A stretch of DNA of 64,000 bases from positions 1,922,001-1,986,000 of the forward strand of contig CP089276.1 of NCBI GenBank assembly GCA_023920165.1, read 5' to 3'. A program made the translations under genes and the position numbers. Below are positions 38,426 to 50,911 of this stretch, piece after piece. The notes beneath the pieces are model-generated. The model saw only the letters and a program-made list of their open reading frames with translations, did not search any database and had not been told where the DNA came from. This DNA is from Curvularia clavata (lineage: Eukaryota). The first letter of the stretch is position 1, and every line of letters begins with the position of its first letter.

Positions 38426-40120
38426 CTACTCCTCCATCGACTCCCATCCCTTGTCTGCTCCCTCATCATCATCCTCGTCGTTGCTCTCTCCTTCTTCCGA
38501 ATCCGAGTCCGTGTCTTGCTCCTCCAAGCCCACAAGACGCTCCTTACCGTCTCCTCGGACTGCCGGCACCTTGCTTGCAAACGCCGCACGCACAGCTGCG
38601 TTGGTGCTCGTGTCCCAAATCTGGACTGCACCCTTGCTTCCGGCCACTGCCAATCGGAATCCAACCTCATTGTCAGGGGCAAATGACGTGGAGAAAACTT
38701 TTCCTACTCCCAAATCCCGTGACACCACCATGCTAGGTCCGCTTTCCTGAATGTTCCACAATTTGACTTGCTTGTCTGTAGACCCTGTCGCCAGGTACCC
38801 AGGAATCACTGGGTTGATGTCGAACGATGAGATGGATTCGTCATGGGCTTGAAGAATCCACACTGGTTTCGAGGCCGACGGGTCTTTGGGTGCGTTGCGA
38901 ACATCGTGATAGTGAATCATGCCGTTCTCAGTCGAGACCTGGGACTATTAGTACTACATCATCCGGGATTTGGCCTTGCAGCACTTACATAGAAGTAGTT
39001 GGGGTCATGAGGGTTCCACCGTACACTCTCGACATCACTCTCAACACCCCACCGTGGCGCCTTTGCATCGGGTGCACGCATATCGGCAACCACAACTGTG
39101 CGATCGTAACTACCACTCAGCAGTGCAGTAGTCTCGACAGGATGCCAAGCCACGGAGCACACCTTGTCTGTGTGGTACGTGTATGACTTTGCGCATTTTG
39201 TCGTGTTCAAATCCCATAGCTTGATGGTCTTGTCGGCAGACGAGGATGCGAGAAGGTTGCGGTGGTGACGGTTGGCCGCGAGCGAAAGCACCGAATCGAC
39301 GTGAAACTCGTCGTTGGCCTTCTTCGACTTCTTCTTCTTCTTTTTGGGCTTGTCGGCCTTGTTGGCGTCGTCGGCGCCTTGTCCTAGCACGGCGTCGGGG
39401 TACATGCTGTCAACCACGTCCAGGTTCCAGATCTCAATGTCTGGGTCCATGGTTCCAATAGCCACAAAGTTACCCTTGCCTTCGCTTGTGCCTGCAGATT
39501 TGCCCACAGGAAGATCTAGCCATTCAACAGCAAGCGGAATGGCAGGCAACATGATGTCGTGGTGCACATAGAGGTTGTCGTCCTCGTCTTCGTAGACATA
39601 GACTTCGAGATGCGCAACCTCGTCCTCTATCCTTCCAGCCAAGACCAGGTTGTCTGTTGCCAGAATCTGCAGCTCTTCCCGCTCTTCCTCGTCTTCCTCG
39701 TCACCGCCCTCCATGGTGATGTACGGGTCGTCCTCATCGTTCTCGTGGAAGACTAGGTTCTTTACGTTGCCAAACATGGCCATTGTATCGCCCTGATCCT
39801 GGGCAACTTCATCATCGTAGTGCTCGAGGTCATATTCTTTGAGATCGTCGTCATCGTCCCTTGAAATAATTAGCCTTGAAGTTCCAGCAACCCAAGTAGC
39901 GCACTTACTCATCGTCCTTCTTCACAGCTTTGCTTGAAGTTCCATTGCTCTTGGCCTTCTCTTCAGCTTGCGCCTCTTCGAGTTCTTCCTTGGCGTCTTC
40001 CAACTGCAGATTCGCAAGCTTCGATATGCGGTCGTATTCTTCCTCGTCGAACTGATAACGTGTAGGGAAGGGTGCTGCAAAGCCGCGCGGCACCCATGTC
40101 GTTGCTGTGATCATAGACAT
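38426..40120 (-). CDS. PWP1: Periodic tryptophan protein 1 (WD40, ribosome biogenesis), 3 exons
   Basis: MSMITATTWVPRG, DLKEYDLEHYD, LEVYVYE..NLYVHHDIMLPAIPL and GNFVAIGTMDPDIEIW. Confidence 0.92.
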
Positions 40121-40365
40121 TGTGGCGTTATGGAAGGAAAGTATGCGCAGCGAGAGCGCAAGTTGCGTGGGGAACTTTTTTGCGAGTAGGAAATAATTTT
40201 GGGCGCCCCGCAACGATTGGCCGAAGCTTGTTCCCTATCGATAATTGCGGACCTCCGAGCATCAACTTTCCCGCCATCTCATCACCATCAACACCACAGG
40301 GATTCCCACGCCCCTCAACGTACACGTTTTTTTTAGCAGCAGTGTCTTGAGCCGCAGCACTCACC

Positions 40366-43305
40366 ATGGAACGCGGTCACAGCCCAAAGAGGCGAAAGCT
40401 CGACCCTGAAGAATACTCGATCGCGCCTCGTCCAAAGTTTCGCAAACCAAACAAGCCTGCGTCTTCCCGCGCGCATACACCCAAAGCCAACGAAAATGGC
40501 GCGGAGCCACACCAGGAGTCTTTCGAGGGTTCCGAGCCTCTGGTGGAAGACTTTGACTCAATGGCCCTGGACCGCGATTGGTACGGCGGTGAGGAGAACG
40601 GGCATACGTTTGGCGACGACACGCACAACCCCTTTGGTGGCACTGAGAGCTCATGGCTCGATGCACAACGAGAGGCTGCTTTGACAGAAAAGAAACAGAA
40701 CAACCGAGCGAGCATGCGGGCGCAGCAAAAGCAAAAGGATGTCGATGCATGGGAGACAAATCGAATGCTTCAATCCGGCGTTGCCCAAAGACGACACTTT
40801 GACGATGACTTTGACGATGACGAAGAGAGTATGCGCGTGCACATCCTCGTACACGAGCTCAGACCACCATTTTTGGACGGGAAGACAGTCTTTACCAAGC
40901 AAATCGACCCAGTCCCGGCGGTGCGAGATCCTCAGAGCGACATGGCAGTTTTCAGTCGGCGCGGCAGTCGCGTGGTGAAGGAAAAACGGCAACAAAAAGA
41001 ACGTCAAAAGCAGACACAGGAAGCCACCAGTGCAAAGGGTACTACACTGGGAAACATAATGGGCATCAAAGAGGAGGACACCGACAGCGCTGCGCCCGCG
41101 CCTGAAGAGGAAGAGAAGCAGGGCAGTAGCAAGTTTGCACAACATCTCAGCAAGCAGGAAGGTGCAAGCGCCTTCAGTAAGAGCAAGACACTCAGAGAGC
41201 AGAGGCAGTACCTCCCAGCTTTTGCAGTACGAGAAGACTTGCTTCGCGTAATCCGAGATAACCAAGTCATAATTGTCGTTGGTCAAACCGGCTCCGGAAA
41301 GACCACACAATTGACACAGTTCCTCTACGAAGACGGCTACGCTAAAAACGGACTCATCGGCTGTACACAACCGCGTCGTGTAGCAGCCATGAGTGTAGCG
41401 AAACGTGTAAGCGAAGAAATGGAAGTCAAGCTGGGTGGTCTAGTTGGATATGCGATTCGTTTCGAAGACTGCACTAGCAAAGAAACGAAGATCAAATATA
41501 TGACTGATGGTGTCTTGCTTCGAGAATCATTGGTTGAGCCTGACTTGGACAAGTACTCTTGCATCATCATGGACGAAGCACACGAGAGAGCCCTGAATAC
41601 TGATGTGCTGATGGGCCTCCTCAAAAAGGTTCTGGCACGAAGACGAGACCTCAAGTTGATTGTTACCTCGGCCACCATGAATGCAGACCGATTCTCGCGC
41701 TTCTACGGAGGCGCCCCAGAATTCATCATTCCAGGGCGAACATTCCCCGTAGACATTCAGTACTCACGGTCACCCTGCGAGGACTATGTCGACAGTGCTG
41801 TCAAGCAGGTCTTGGCCATCCATGTTTCACAAGGACCTGGCGATATCCTCGTCTTCATGACGGGTCAAGAGGATATTGAAATCACCTGTGAGCTTATCGC
41901 AGAACGATTGAAGCTGTTGAATGATCCGCCAAAACTCAGCATCCTTCCCATTTACAGTCAGATGCCTGCCGATCTGCAAGCAAAGATCTTCGAGCGAGCG
42001 GCACCAGGCGTACGAAAGGTTATTGTGGCGACCAACATTGCTGAAACGAGTTTGACGGTCGACGGTATCATGTATGTCGTTGATGCGGGATTTTCCAAGC
42101 TCAAAGTCTATAACCCCAAGATGGGCATGGACACGCTTCAAATTACGCCGATCTCTCAAGCAAACGCCTCGCAACGTGCTGGTCGCGCTGGGCGCACAGG
42201 TCCTGGAAAATGCTTCCATTTGTACACGGAGAGAGCTTTCAGAGACGAGTTTTATATCCAGACGATACCGGAAATCCAACGGACAAACCTCGCTAATACT
42301 GTTCTGCTGCTTAAATCGCTCGGTGTGCGAGACTTGCTCGACTTTGATTTCATGGATCCACCACCGCAAGACACAATCACGACTTCGCTCTTCGACCTTT
42401 GGGCTCTTGGTGCACTCGACAACATTGGCAATCTGACCGACCTGGGCCGTACCATGACGGCCTTCCCTATGGATCCCTCTCTCGCCAAACTCATCATAAC
42501 AGCCACAGAATACGGATGCAGCGAAGAGATGCTTACAATCGTCGCCATGCTCTCTGTCCCCTCTGTCTTCTACCGCCCCAAAGAACGACAGGAAGAATCC
42601 GACGCCGCGCGAGAAAAGTTCTTCGTCCCGGAATCCGACCACCTCACCCTCTTGCACGTCTACACACAGTGGAAAGTAAACGGCTACTCCGACGGCTGGT
42701 GCATCCGTCACTTTCTGCACCCGAAAGCGCTGCGCCGCGCCAAGGAAATCCGGGACCAGATCCTCGACATCATGGGCAAGCAGAAAATGCCCCTCATCTC
42801 CTGCGGCACAGACTGGGACATAATCCGGAAGTGCATCTGCTCAGGCTACTACCACCAAGCCGCCAAAGTCAAAGGCATCGGCGAATATATCAACCTCCGC
42901 ACCTCGGTCACCATCCAACTGCATCCTACGTCGGCCCTCTACGGCCTAGGCTACCTCCCCGATTACGTTGTCTACCACGAACTGATCCTTACGTCCAAGG
43001 AATACATGTCGTGCGTTACTGCCGTGGACCCCCACTGGCTCGCCGACCTTGGCGCCGTGTTTTACTCCATCAAGGAAAAGGGCTACTCTGCGCGCGACAA
43101 GCGCATTGTCGAGACAGAGTTTAACAAGAAGGCGGAGTTGGAGAGGCAGATGGCGCTAGATAAAGAGAGGGAGGAAAAGAGGATTGCGGAGGAGGAGAGT
43201 GGGCCTGTGGTCAGGAAGCCCGGGGCGGGTAAGAAGAAGGATGAGGATGGAGATGGGGTTGTGAAGAGGCCGGTGATTGGGAAGTCCAAGTTTCGACGAA
43301 GGTAG
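40366..43305 (+). CDS. PRP16: Pre-mRNA splicing DEAH-box RNA helicase Prp16
   Basis: [21 protein letters not shown] and QRAGRAGR; Prp16-type N-terminal LDRDWY and [21 protein letters not shown]. Confidence 0.95.
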   Translation: MERGHSPKRRKLDPEEYSIAPRPKFRKPNKPASSRAHTPKANENGAEPHQESFEGSEPLVEDFDSMALDRDWYGGEENGHTFGDDTHNPFGGTESSWLDAQREAALTEKKQNNRASMRAQQKQKDVDAWETNRMLQSGVAQRRHFDDDFDDDEESMRVHILVHELRPPFLDGKTVFTKQIDPVPAVRDPQSDMAVFSRRGSRVVKEKRQQKERQKQTQEATSAKGTTLGNIMGIKEEDTDSAAPAPEEEEKQGSSKFAQHLSKQEGASAFSKSKTLREQRQYLPAFAVREDLLRVIRDNQVIIVVGQTGSGKTTQLTQFLYEDGYAKNGLIGCTQPRRVAAMSVAKRVSEEMEVKLGGLVGYAIRFEDCTSKETKIKYMTDGVLLRESLVEPDLDKYSCIIMDEAHERALNTDVLMGLLKKVLARRRDLKLIVTSATMNADRFSRFYGGAPEFIIPGRTFPVDIQYSRSPCEDYVDSAVKQVLAIHVSQGPGDILVFMTGQEDIEITCELIAERLKLLNDPPKLSILPIYSQMPADLQAKIFERAAPGVRKVIVATNIAETSLTVDGIMYVVDAGFSKLKVYNPKMGMDTLQITPISQANASQRAGRAGRTGPGKCFHLYTERAFRDEFYIQTIPEIQRTNLANTVLLLKSLGVRDLLDFDFMDPPPQDTITTSLFDLWALGALDNIGNLTDLGRTMTAFPMDPSLAKLIITATEYGCSEEMLTIVAMLSVPSVFYRPKERQEESDAAREKFFVPESDHLTLLHVYTQWKVNGYSDGWCIRHFLHPKALRRAKEIRDQILDIMGKQKMPLISCGTDWDIIRKCICSGYYHQAAKVKGIGEYINLRTSVTIQLHPTSALYGLGYLPDYVVYHELILTSKEYMSCVTAVDPHWLADLGAVFYSIKEKGYSARDKRIVETEFNKKAELERQMALDKEREEKRIAEEESGPVVRKPGAGKKKDEDGDGVVKRPVIGKSKFRRR

Positions 43306-43585
43306 ATTTGTGTGCTAGGGAGTAGACAAGGGGAGACGTATACAAAACAATTTGCATAGATGAGGGCTTTATTCCTATCATATCAACCCTTCAGTTTTTT
43401 CTTTGCAAAACATGATTAACATCGAATGAACGTTAGGAAGATTTCCCAATTAGAGCTGTAGGAGACACACAGTCCATCTCAGAACGACCAACACTCGACA
43501 GAAAATGACACATCACATTCGTAATTTTCATAATACCTTGTCCAACATAGACATCATCAGATATGATCCAATTTTCTTCCCACCC

Positions 43586-45680
43586 TTACTCATCCTTCAT
43601 ATCCTCATCCCCACTTCCCTCGCTCTCTTCGTCCTCATCATCCTCGTCTTCCCCAAACTCGACCCCATACTCGGCGCAAACATCCCACCGATCTCCTTTT
43701 GCACTCTTACTGACATATTTTGTAAACCTCAACACACCCCTGTCGCGCAAGACGATAGCCAGGTTATTCCATGCGGCGGGCTGGCTGAACAAAATGCCGT
43801 CGTCCTCGTCATCAGCAGCTGACTTGTAAATGGCTGGATCGGCCTTTGCTTTGCGGCGCTGGCCGGCGCCGGTCGAGGTCGAGGGTTCTGAAGAAGTGGT
43901 GGGCTCGGCGTCGTCTTCGCCAGCCATGTACATTTCGTAGCCGCCGACTTCTTCTTCGGGCTTGGGTTGTTCAGGCTGCTTCTCTTTGCTACTGCTGGCC
44001 TTGGTCTTCTTTTTCTTGCTGGACTTGCCGTTTCGTGAGGTTTCTTCTTCTTCGGCGGCTGCTTCTTCGGGCTCTTCGTCTTCGTCACCCCAGCCGCGCG
44101 AGGGCGTGATGCCGAGACAGACTTCGAGTTGGGGGTCTTCTTCCTCGTAGGCGGTGGCTAGTGTGTAGTCGAGACCACGGCGGAATCGGCGGGCAAAGAT
44201 GTTACTCTTTGTCAGTGTGATGCCTGTAACAAGCGAAATCCACTTCATGAAAGCAGGGTGAGGGAAGAGAATATCGACAAGGTCGTCGTATGGTGTCATG
44301 CCATCGTTTTCGGGGTATGGTGTCGTTGGTATGGGTTGAACGGCCTTGCGGTATAGGAAGCGATGCTTGTGTGGTGGGCGTGCAACACCAACTACGGATT
44401 CCTTGTGATGAGGGTTAGTCGGCAGGCTAGGCACCGCCTCGTGGTCCTTTGATTCAAGGTACTCTCGCAGCCGCGCGGAGAACTTGTTGGACAAGAACTG
44501 TGCAAGTCGTACGGAGGACTCATCAGAGAACATCTTCGAGAGTTCCTCCACGGTGTCTGGAACGAGATAGTTCGGGTTGATGTACTTGATGAGGAAGTCA
44601 ATCTCATCTTCTGTAAGCTCATCATCTTCCTGCTTTGCCTGCTCTTCCCAGTATGGGTTCTCGACCCAATGGGGTTGAGGCTCATCGAAGACATCGGCCT
44701 TTCCTCCTTGCAACTGAGCTAGTGAGCTTTTCTCGGCTAGCTTTTCCTCAAGACCTTCCTCATAGCCATCCTCCCCTTCCTGTGGGATGTGGAACCAGCC
44801 ACTGATGGCCATACGGACACGCCCACCATCCTCTTGCGCCTTCTCCTCAGCGCTTCGTCTGTATACTTCCTCGACATCATGGAAGCTCTCACCAGGCTGC
44901 ACTGTGAAGAATGACAGCTGGTTCCACGCAGGTGGAATTGACAAAGAGAAATCTGGTTGCGGTACTTTGACTTTGTCGCCGTCTGGTGTTTCGAGGTCTT
45001 CTGTTGGGTATAGTCGCAACGCACCTCCCCACTCGGCCTTCCATTCGATATCGGGGTCGAGCAGATACAAGATCCAACTCACGCGACGGCTTCCAATGAC
45101 GTCGTCGTGACACAGCAAGTGACATCCTGGGGTGTAAACATTCTGCTGTGGGATCAGCACCATTCCTTTATGCTCTGATCCATGCCACTTACCACAGCCA
45201 TATCTGTTTTTACACCGCTCAATGGCCCGGATCCGGTTATCGAGGATAGGTACTTGCGAAATGCAGATGAGTAGAGCGAATCACGAAGTGTGAGGAGCGA
45301 CGGCAGGCGCTTGAGTGCCGAATCATCGAGGCCGTCAAGATTGGCAAGATCACCAGATTGGTGAATCTTGTAGATGTCCGTCTCCTTTGGTGTGAAATGG
45401 ATGTGCTCGCGAATTTCGTTGCGGACATTGCGCAGGAGCGTGTCGTTGACAAGGTTTTGGATGACGGCATGCTTGTAGCTGTAAGCTGTCAGAAAAGGCC
45501 GAAGGTGAATGTGGCGGTGCTTGCGTACGGCTGCGATTGAGCGTACTCATTGGCATATGCCTCGAGCACTTTGCCGTCGAAGAGACCGTCGCGGAAGTTC
45601 TTATGCGCCTCATCGTCAGAGATGGCCCTCTTCTTTTTTGCCATGCCATTGGCAGGCGCTTCGTTCTTGCGCTTGCCCAT
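43586..45680 (-). CDS. TPA1: uS12 prolyl 3-hydroxylase Tpa1/Ofd1 (2OG-Fe(II) oxygenase), 3 exons
   Basis: HFTPKETDIYKIHQSGDLANL, HLLCHDDVIGSRRVSWILYL, SFHDVEEV, RMAISGWFH and ARRFRRGLDYTLA. Confidence 0.92.
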
Positions 45681-46289
45681 TTCAACTGCAGCGACAAGCT
45701 TGAAAAAGATAGCAAGGCGAAATCAAGTTGGGGTGTAGAGGCAATGGAGCAGGAAGCTGGTTGAAGACAAATTTGGTCGGCGTAAGCTTTTCGCAATCGC
45801 CGACGCCATCGCTCTCACACCACAGTCGGTCCACCTACTTCTGTATGGCCACCTGGCGATGATTGTTGCCCCGGGTGGGTGTTTCCCCCTCAAGTTCACC
45901 GATAATGATGACCGCACCAACCGAACAACGACCTGTGGCTGCAGGGCGGCAAGCGATGAAAGTATTACAGCTGGGTGGCTGCGGAGAGCCTCGTACTCCG
46001 GTTGGCTGGCACCTTGCTTCCGCCGACGGCAACTGTCGATAGTTTCCCAGCCTTTGAACTTTGGTATAGACATGTTATCTCTTCACCTACTTCTAGAGGG
46101 TTGGATCTACACATGCGGGTAATGCGTCCCTTTGTATGGTCACAAAGCACACTGCTATCTAGTGGGTATATGAACATGATCGACGGCGCGTGACCGGGTA
46201 CACCTCCCGCATTGCCAAGACGTGCGTAGTTGGCTATTTCAAGACAGAGGGGGATTCACATTGGTTGCCGCCTTCTACCGCAACACCTT

Positions 46290-47594
46290 TTAGTCATCTT
46301 GGCTTGTCGAAAGCAGCTTAGCCATCTTCCCCTCCAGCATCTTGACGTCGTCTCCAACCGTCTTGATGTTGTTCACCATGGTTGTCTCGGCCTTTTTAAT
46401 GTCCTTCTCCAGAATCTCTAGCTGCTGCTCCCACTTCTTGATCTCTTGCTCCTGTGCCGACTGTCGGCGTTCTAGCTCGGTCAAGACCTCATCAGCCTGC
46501 CAAGCACTTGTGTGTACAAGTCGCAGTGTGCGTAACCGTTCAAGGACTAGCGGTAGGACAGGCGACAGCTTTTCAATAGAGGGCAATGTGCCATACAAGG
46601 CGTTGATCTTCGCTTCCTGATCGGGATAGGCAGCTGCGTTGCCGTCACTTGAAGCCCCGCCAGCTTCTGCCGCCTCCTGCCGAACTTCCTTCAAGTGCTC
46701 TGCCTCTGCCGTGAGCTTCTTGATGCTTTGCGTTACTGTATCCAGGTTGTTTGATGCAGCATCTCCCACCAGGCCAAGGGTCTGCTCTAACCGCGTAAGG
46801 GTGGTGGACACTGGGAAGGGTGTGTGCTCGCTTAGTTCGGGCATTGTATTGCCGTTCAAACCCAGGCTGCTCTCCAATTGTGTTATACGCCTGTCAAACT
46901 CGGCCGCTTGGTTCAATACGAATTCCAATTGGCTTTTTTGCACTTGCGTCCCTGGTAATGGCGGCTGGTTCGCAATGGCCTTGCTGAGTTTAGGGCTGGG
47001 ATCAAACGGCTTGTAGCTGTCAAATTTCTGCACCGTCCGATCGAGTATTGCTTGTGCACCCCGAGCGCCACCTTTGTGTGCAGCGTAAATGGTGTCGACC
47101 TTGCTGGCTATCATCTCCATCATCTCCTTGGGATCCTGCTCTTCAATCTTCGACTTGTCCCCGCTCTCGACGTTTCGCTCGTACTCATCCTCCAGCGCCG
47201 CCAACTCGCGTTTTATTCTTAAGAGCTTCTGTGCGAATCCCTCTTCCTCTTCATCGCTGTCGCCGCCTATTATCTCGCCCCGCCGTCGCTGGCGTCGTGT
47301 AGATGTGCGATAAGATTGGCGTTGCGCTGTGATGTTGTCGGAAAAGTCGACCCCGCGGGCGTCTACTCGAGCAGGCTGGAACCGGTTTCGAGCCTGGTCG
47401 GGCTGCAAGCGTTGGTGACGAACTGCCGAATCGTCGTTGTCGTCGTCGTTGTCGTCCTCAGCATCGGACTCGGAGACGGCAGTCGAAGCTTGTATTGTGG
47501 ACACATCTTCTGCAAGCTCTGGGGTCTCGTAGATGTCGGGTGCGGTATCAATGCCGGGGAGGTTGTCGTATTTTGGTCTTGTGGCTTCAGACAT
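46290..47594 (-). CDS. DCTN2: Dynactin subunit 2 (dynamitin/p50)
   Basis: KYDNLPGIDTAPDIYETPEL, VDFSD, KINALY and LPLVLERLRTLRLVH with coiled coils. Confidence 0.88.
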   Translation of the reverse strand: MSEATRPKYDNLPGIDTAPDIYETPELAEDVSTIQASTAVSESDAEDDNDDDNDDSAVRHQRLQPDQARNRFQPARVDARGVDFSDNITAQRQSYRTSTRRQRRRGEIIGGDSDEEEEGFAQKLLRIKRELAALEDEYERNVESGDKSKIEEQDPKEMMEMIASKVDTIYAAHKGGARGAQAILDRTVQKFDSYKPFDPSPKLSKAIANQPPLPGTQVQKSQLEFVLNQAAEFDRRITQLESSLGLNGNTMPELSEHTPFPVSTTLTRLEQTLGLVGDAASNNLDTVTQSIKKLTAEAEHLKEVRQEAAEAGGASSDGNAAAYPDQEAKINALYGTLPSIEKLSPVLPLVLERLRTLRLVHTSAWQADEVLTELERRQSAQEQEIKKWEQQLEILEKDIKKAETTMVNNIKTVGDDVKMLEGKMAKLLSTSQDD

Positions 47595-48322
47595 TGTGAA
47601 ATAGAGGGGTGGGGTTGGCTAGTTGGCCGAAAGTCGGGGTTTACACTATTGAGGGACGCGTTTCGCTGGAACTATCGCGACGTACACTAGTCCCTACATG
47701 GTTTAGTCACATAATAGTCCTACATACGTCTTCGTGTTGTTGGCATTCGAGATACAACATCTGCCTCCATCTCTCCGCCATATGCTCTGACTGAATGATA
47801 GGTCCAAATTCTCGCAAAATATCGGGCGTACTGGAGAAGCTGTCAAAAAACTCTTGAGGAGAGGATGAGGATGGCGGAAGGAGACATACGTTCCTGAGGA
47901 GACTGATCCAATCAGCCAAGAATTCAGCAACTGTAGCTTTCTTTTGTCCAGCAACAACAATGAGAAAGAAGCGAGTCGCAAGTTCCTGATCGACGGCTTG
48001 ACGTATAAAACACTGAGAAGTGTTCTCTCGGGATGGGCAAGTGATTCTGCAATTAGAGAAATCGCTTGGAACTTAGCAAAAGCCTGACTGCAGTAGAGAT
48101 GGGAGGGAAGGCGGGATTTAGATCAGGAGATGTGATACTCAACACCCATAATGACATGTTGTGATCAGCGGGAGAGGAACGCCGCGTGCATTTCGAGGGT
48201 GCAAGGGTGGTCGATGCGCATACACGTGACTAGAGGCTCCAGGCAGAATAGTATATCCTCCGTCCCTCGCTTCATATCCTTCCTTTTTATTTTGCATAAA
48301 GCTGTTCTTCACGGATTCAAAG

Positions 48323-48826
48323 ATGTCAGCTGTTGCGAACCAACTCGAAAACTACTCCATCTACATCAACCTCAGCCTGCGCGGTGCTCAACCTGGCTTT
48401 CACTGGAGCATTTTTATCACTACAAACAAGTTCGAAGGCGAAGTATGGCATGCAGTCAATCGAAACGGGGGCTGGTCCTTGGAGACCAATACCACAAACG
48501 GTGTTCCTAGCTCCATGGGCCTGTGCCTTGTTCTGAAATTGGGCACTGTTTCAAACCAAAATTGGGAGACGCTTCGGACCACCCTCGCAAACATACCAAG
48601 CGGTGGTCAGCCGTCCCTACATACCAGAGAGATATTCACATGTAGAGTCTGGGTCAAAGACGCTATCTGTGCACTTCACAACGCCGGAGTGGTCCGTCTC
48701 GCAAAATCTATCGAAACTATTGAAAAGGTTGCAATCGAGATGGCCGAAGATAACCGAGCATCCGTTGAGCTGGGTACTGGTGAAGTTTTGGTTCTGAACA
48801 GTACAGGATTCTCAGACACAGCTTGA
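48323..48826 (+). CDS. Small intronless hypothetical protein with His...Cys motifs, putative permuted papain-like fold (DUF6914/DUF6540-like)
   Basis: 167-aa ORF with FHWSIFI, WHAVN and FTCRVWVKDAI..L. Confidence 0.65.
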   Translation: MSAVANQLENYSIYINLSLRGAQPGFHWSIFITTNKFEGEVWHAVNRNGGWSLETNTTNGVPSSMGLCLVLKLGTVSNQNWETLRTTLANIPSGGQPSLHTREIFTCRVWVKDAICALHNAGVVRLAKSIETIEKVAIEMAEDNRASVELGTGEVLVLNSTGFSDTA

Positions 48827-49429
48827 CAGAGTATAGCAACTGGCTGAGCCTTCTTCTTAGGTATTGTACAAGGAAGGAGACGTATGTTCACAGCGAAGTC
48901 AATATTGTTGGTTTCGACGAGAGCATTTGACTTGGGGTGGTTACGCAGCTTCCATCACCTATGCTTAAAATCGAGTTATTCAGGAAAGCCACATTTTTGC
49001 TTGAGGTCAGTTTTCTACTTGAGGTAGCTCTACAGTGTTGAAATGCTACTATTTACTCTGTTATGCGCTTTTGTAGTTGACACCCCTTTACCATCAAATA
49101 ATTTTGTGGAGCCAAGTATGTGACTGAGTTTGCTGCGTCACGAAAATCTAGAATCATATCAATTTTCGAAATCCATGCCATTGCTTTCTACGACTGAAAG
49201 CTTCTGTTTCGGCTTGAGTTTCCATAGAATCAACGAATGCGAATGGTCCGAGATGTGGTGCGAGTTGTCATTTGCGTGCATTTTCTCAAAAGAAAGTCAA
49301 GTTCACTACTGCGACATTGTCTCAGCAGATTTAGCATGGCGCAACCCAAAACGAAACCAGTATGCGGTCACGTGAGACTGCTGGATTGCAAATGTCGTGT
49401 TATATTCGAAGCTCGTCTTAAGATTTGAT

Positions 49430-50595
49430 CTATGCCTGCACCTTGAATGTACGGCCACTGGCCGTCTTGCGTTCCTTCTCCTCCGACTCTGGTCGAGCTC
49501 TGCGGAGAACTAAATAGGTTAGCGAACAAACCCATCAAGAGTATACATGTGGTAGACGTACCTTGGAGGAAGTCGGCAGTCCTCTTGCGCATCCTCGAGT
49601 GAATGAAAGCCTTGGAAGCTTTGATGTGGTAGTGGAAGTAGTCGCGGAAGGTCTGGATGTGTGAGATGACCTCGGCTCGGCGTTGGTTTGTGAGATGACG
49701 AGGGAAAAGCACTGTGGCAGTCAGTTATGCACAGCCATGAACACGTTTCACTAGAGGTCTGCGTACCAAAGGTGATGTAGCCGATGTCGGCAGAGCCAGA
49801 TGTGTCGACTCCGGGAATGCCCTGCAGCTCGAGTGGTGGGTCGTTCCTGAACAGCACTTGGGGAGCGTTTTGAATAGCTCGCCGCCTTGCATCGACAAAC
49901 TCCTGGAGGAAAACCTTTCCAAATATCCTGTCCGTCTCTTCCCGGAACACGGTTGAGAAAATGACAGTGACACGGTCGTGGCTGGCCTTGACGTAGATGG
50001 CCTCTTCTTCTCGGTAGTGGATTGCGCGTACATCACCACCCTCCTTTACACCTTGCGGTGCTGCCTCGGATGTGTATTTGGAAGCCTCCTCTTGGAGCTG
50101 GTGGAACTCGTCAAAAGCCTGCTCGAAAGGTGCGGCCATGGCATTTCGCTTGAGAAGGGCTATGCGGCGAACAAGATCATCCTTGGCCTCTGCATACCGT
50201 CAGCACTTTCCTTTACCCATGCAGGGTCAGTCGCACCCTGATCCTCTGGCAAATTCTCCAGATCTACCAGAACAGAGAAATCGTATCCGGACTCCGGTTC
50301 TACAATGTACGGCCCATACTCGCGCTCCAGGACCGCCTGCGCACCGTACTGGACGAGTTCCTTGAAGCATTTGATGTGCAGCGACACGAGGATCTTGGTT
50401 TTGCTCTCCGGGGTTGAGATGTGGAAGGTGACGTTGTCAAAGTCGGAGACGACCTGGTCAATGTTGGCTGGGGCTCCTCTGTGTGCTGTTAGCTACCTGG
50501 CAGCGGAGCGGGAGGCAGCGGGGCATGGCGTACCCATTGACGCGGTCCCTGAGCAGGGACTCGATGAGAACGTTCTGGTAGTCGAGAAGAAGCAT
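49430..50595 (-). CDS. ARPC2: Arp2/3 complex 34 kDa subunit, multi-exon
   Basis: [51 protein letters not shown]; last exon [20 protein letters not shown]. Confidence 0.95.
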
Positions 50596-50911
50596 GGCGG
50601 CAATTGCAGCTTCTCGTAGGGCTGGGGGGAGTGTTGGTGTTGTCGGGCGGGGAGCTCTCGAGTCGGGCAGTGATGCGGAGGACGGAGGTGCGCTGTAGTG
50701 ATGCTGGAAGGTGGGCCTAGCGCCAGCCGTGGGGTCAGGCCCTTGTCTAAAAAGTTTCCAGAACCATGCGAACTTGTATCTCGACATTCACCACCGGCGC
50801 AAAGGCGCACGTATTTCGCTACGAGCGCCATGAGCAGAGATAATCGTACCTAATACCATTGAGACAACCCGTTTTACAAATCGCTGGTCTATTTTGTGAC
50901 CGCAGCACAGC

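Noticed and set aside
40651..43124. Long alternative-frame and antisense ORFs (239, 297, 241 aa) within PRP16
   Set aside because: Shadow ORFs of a conserved coding sequence.
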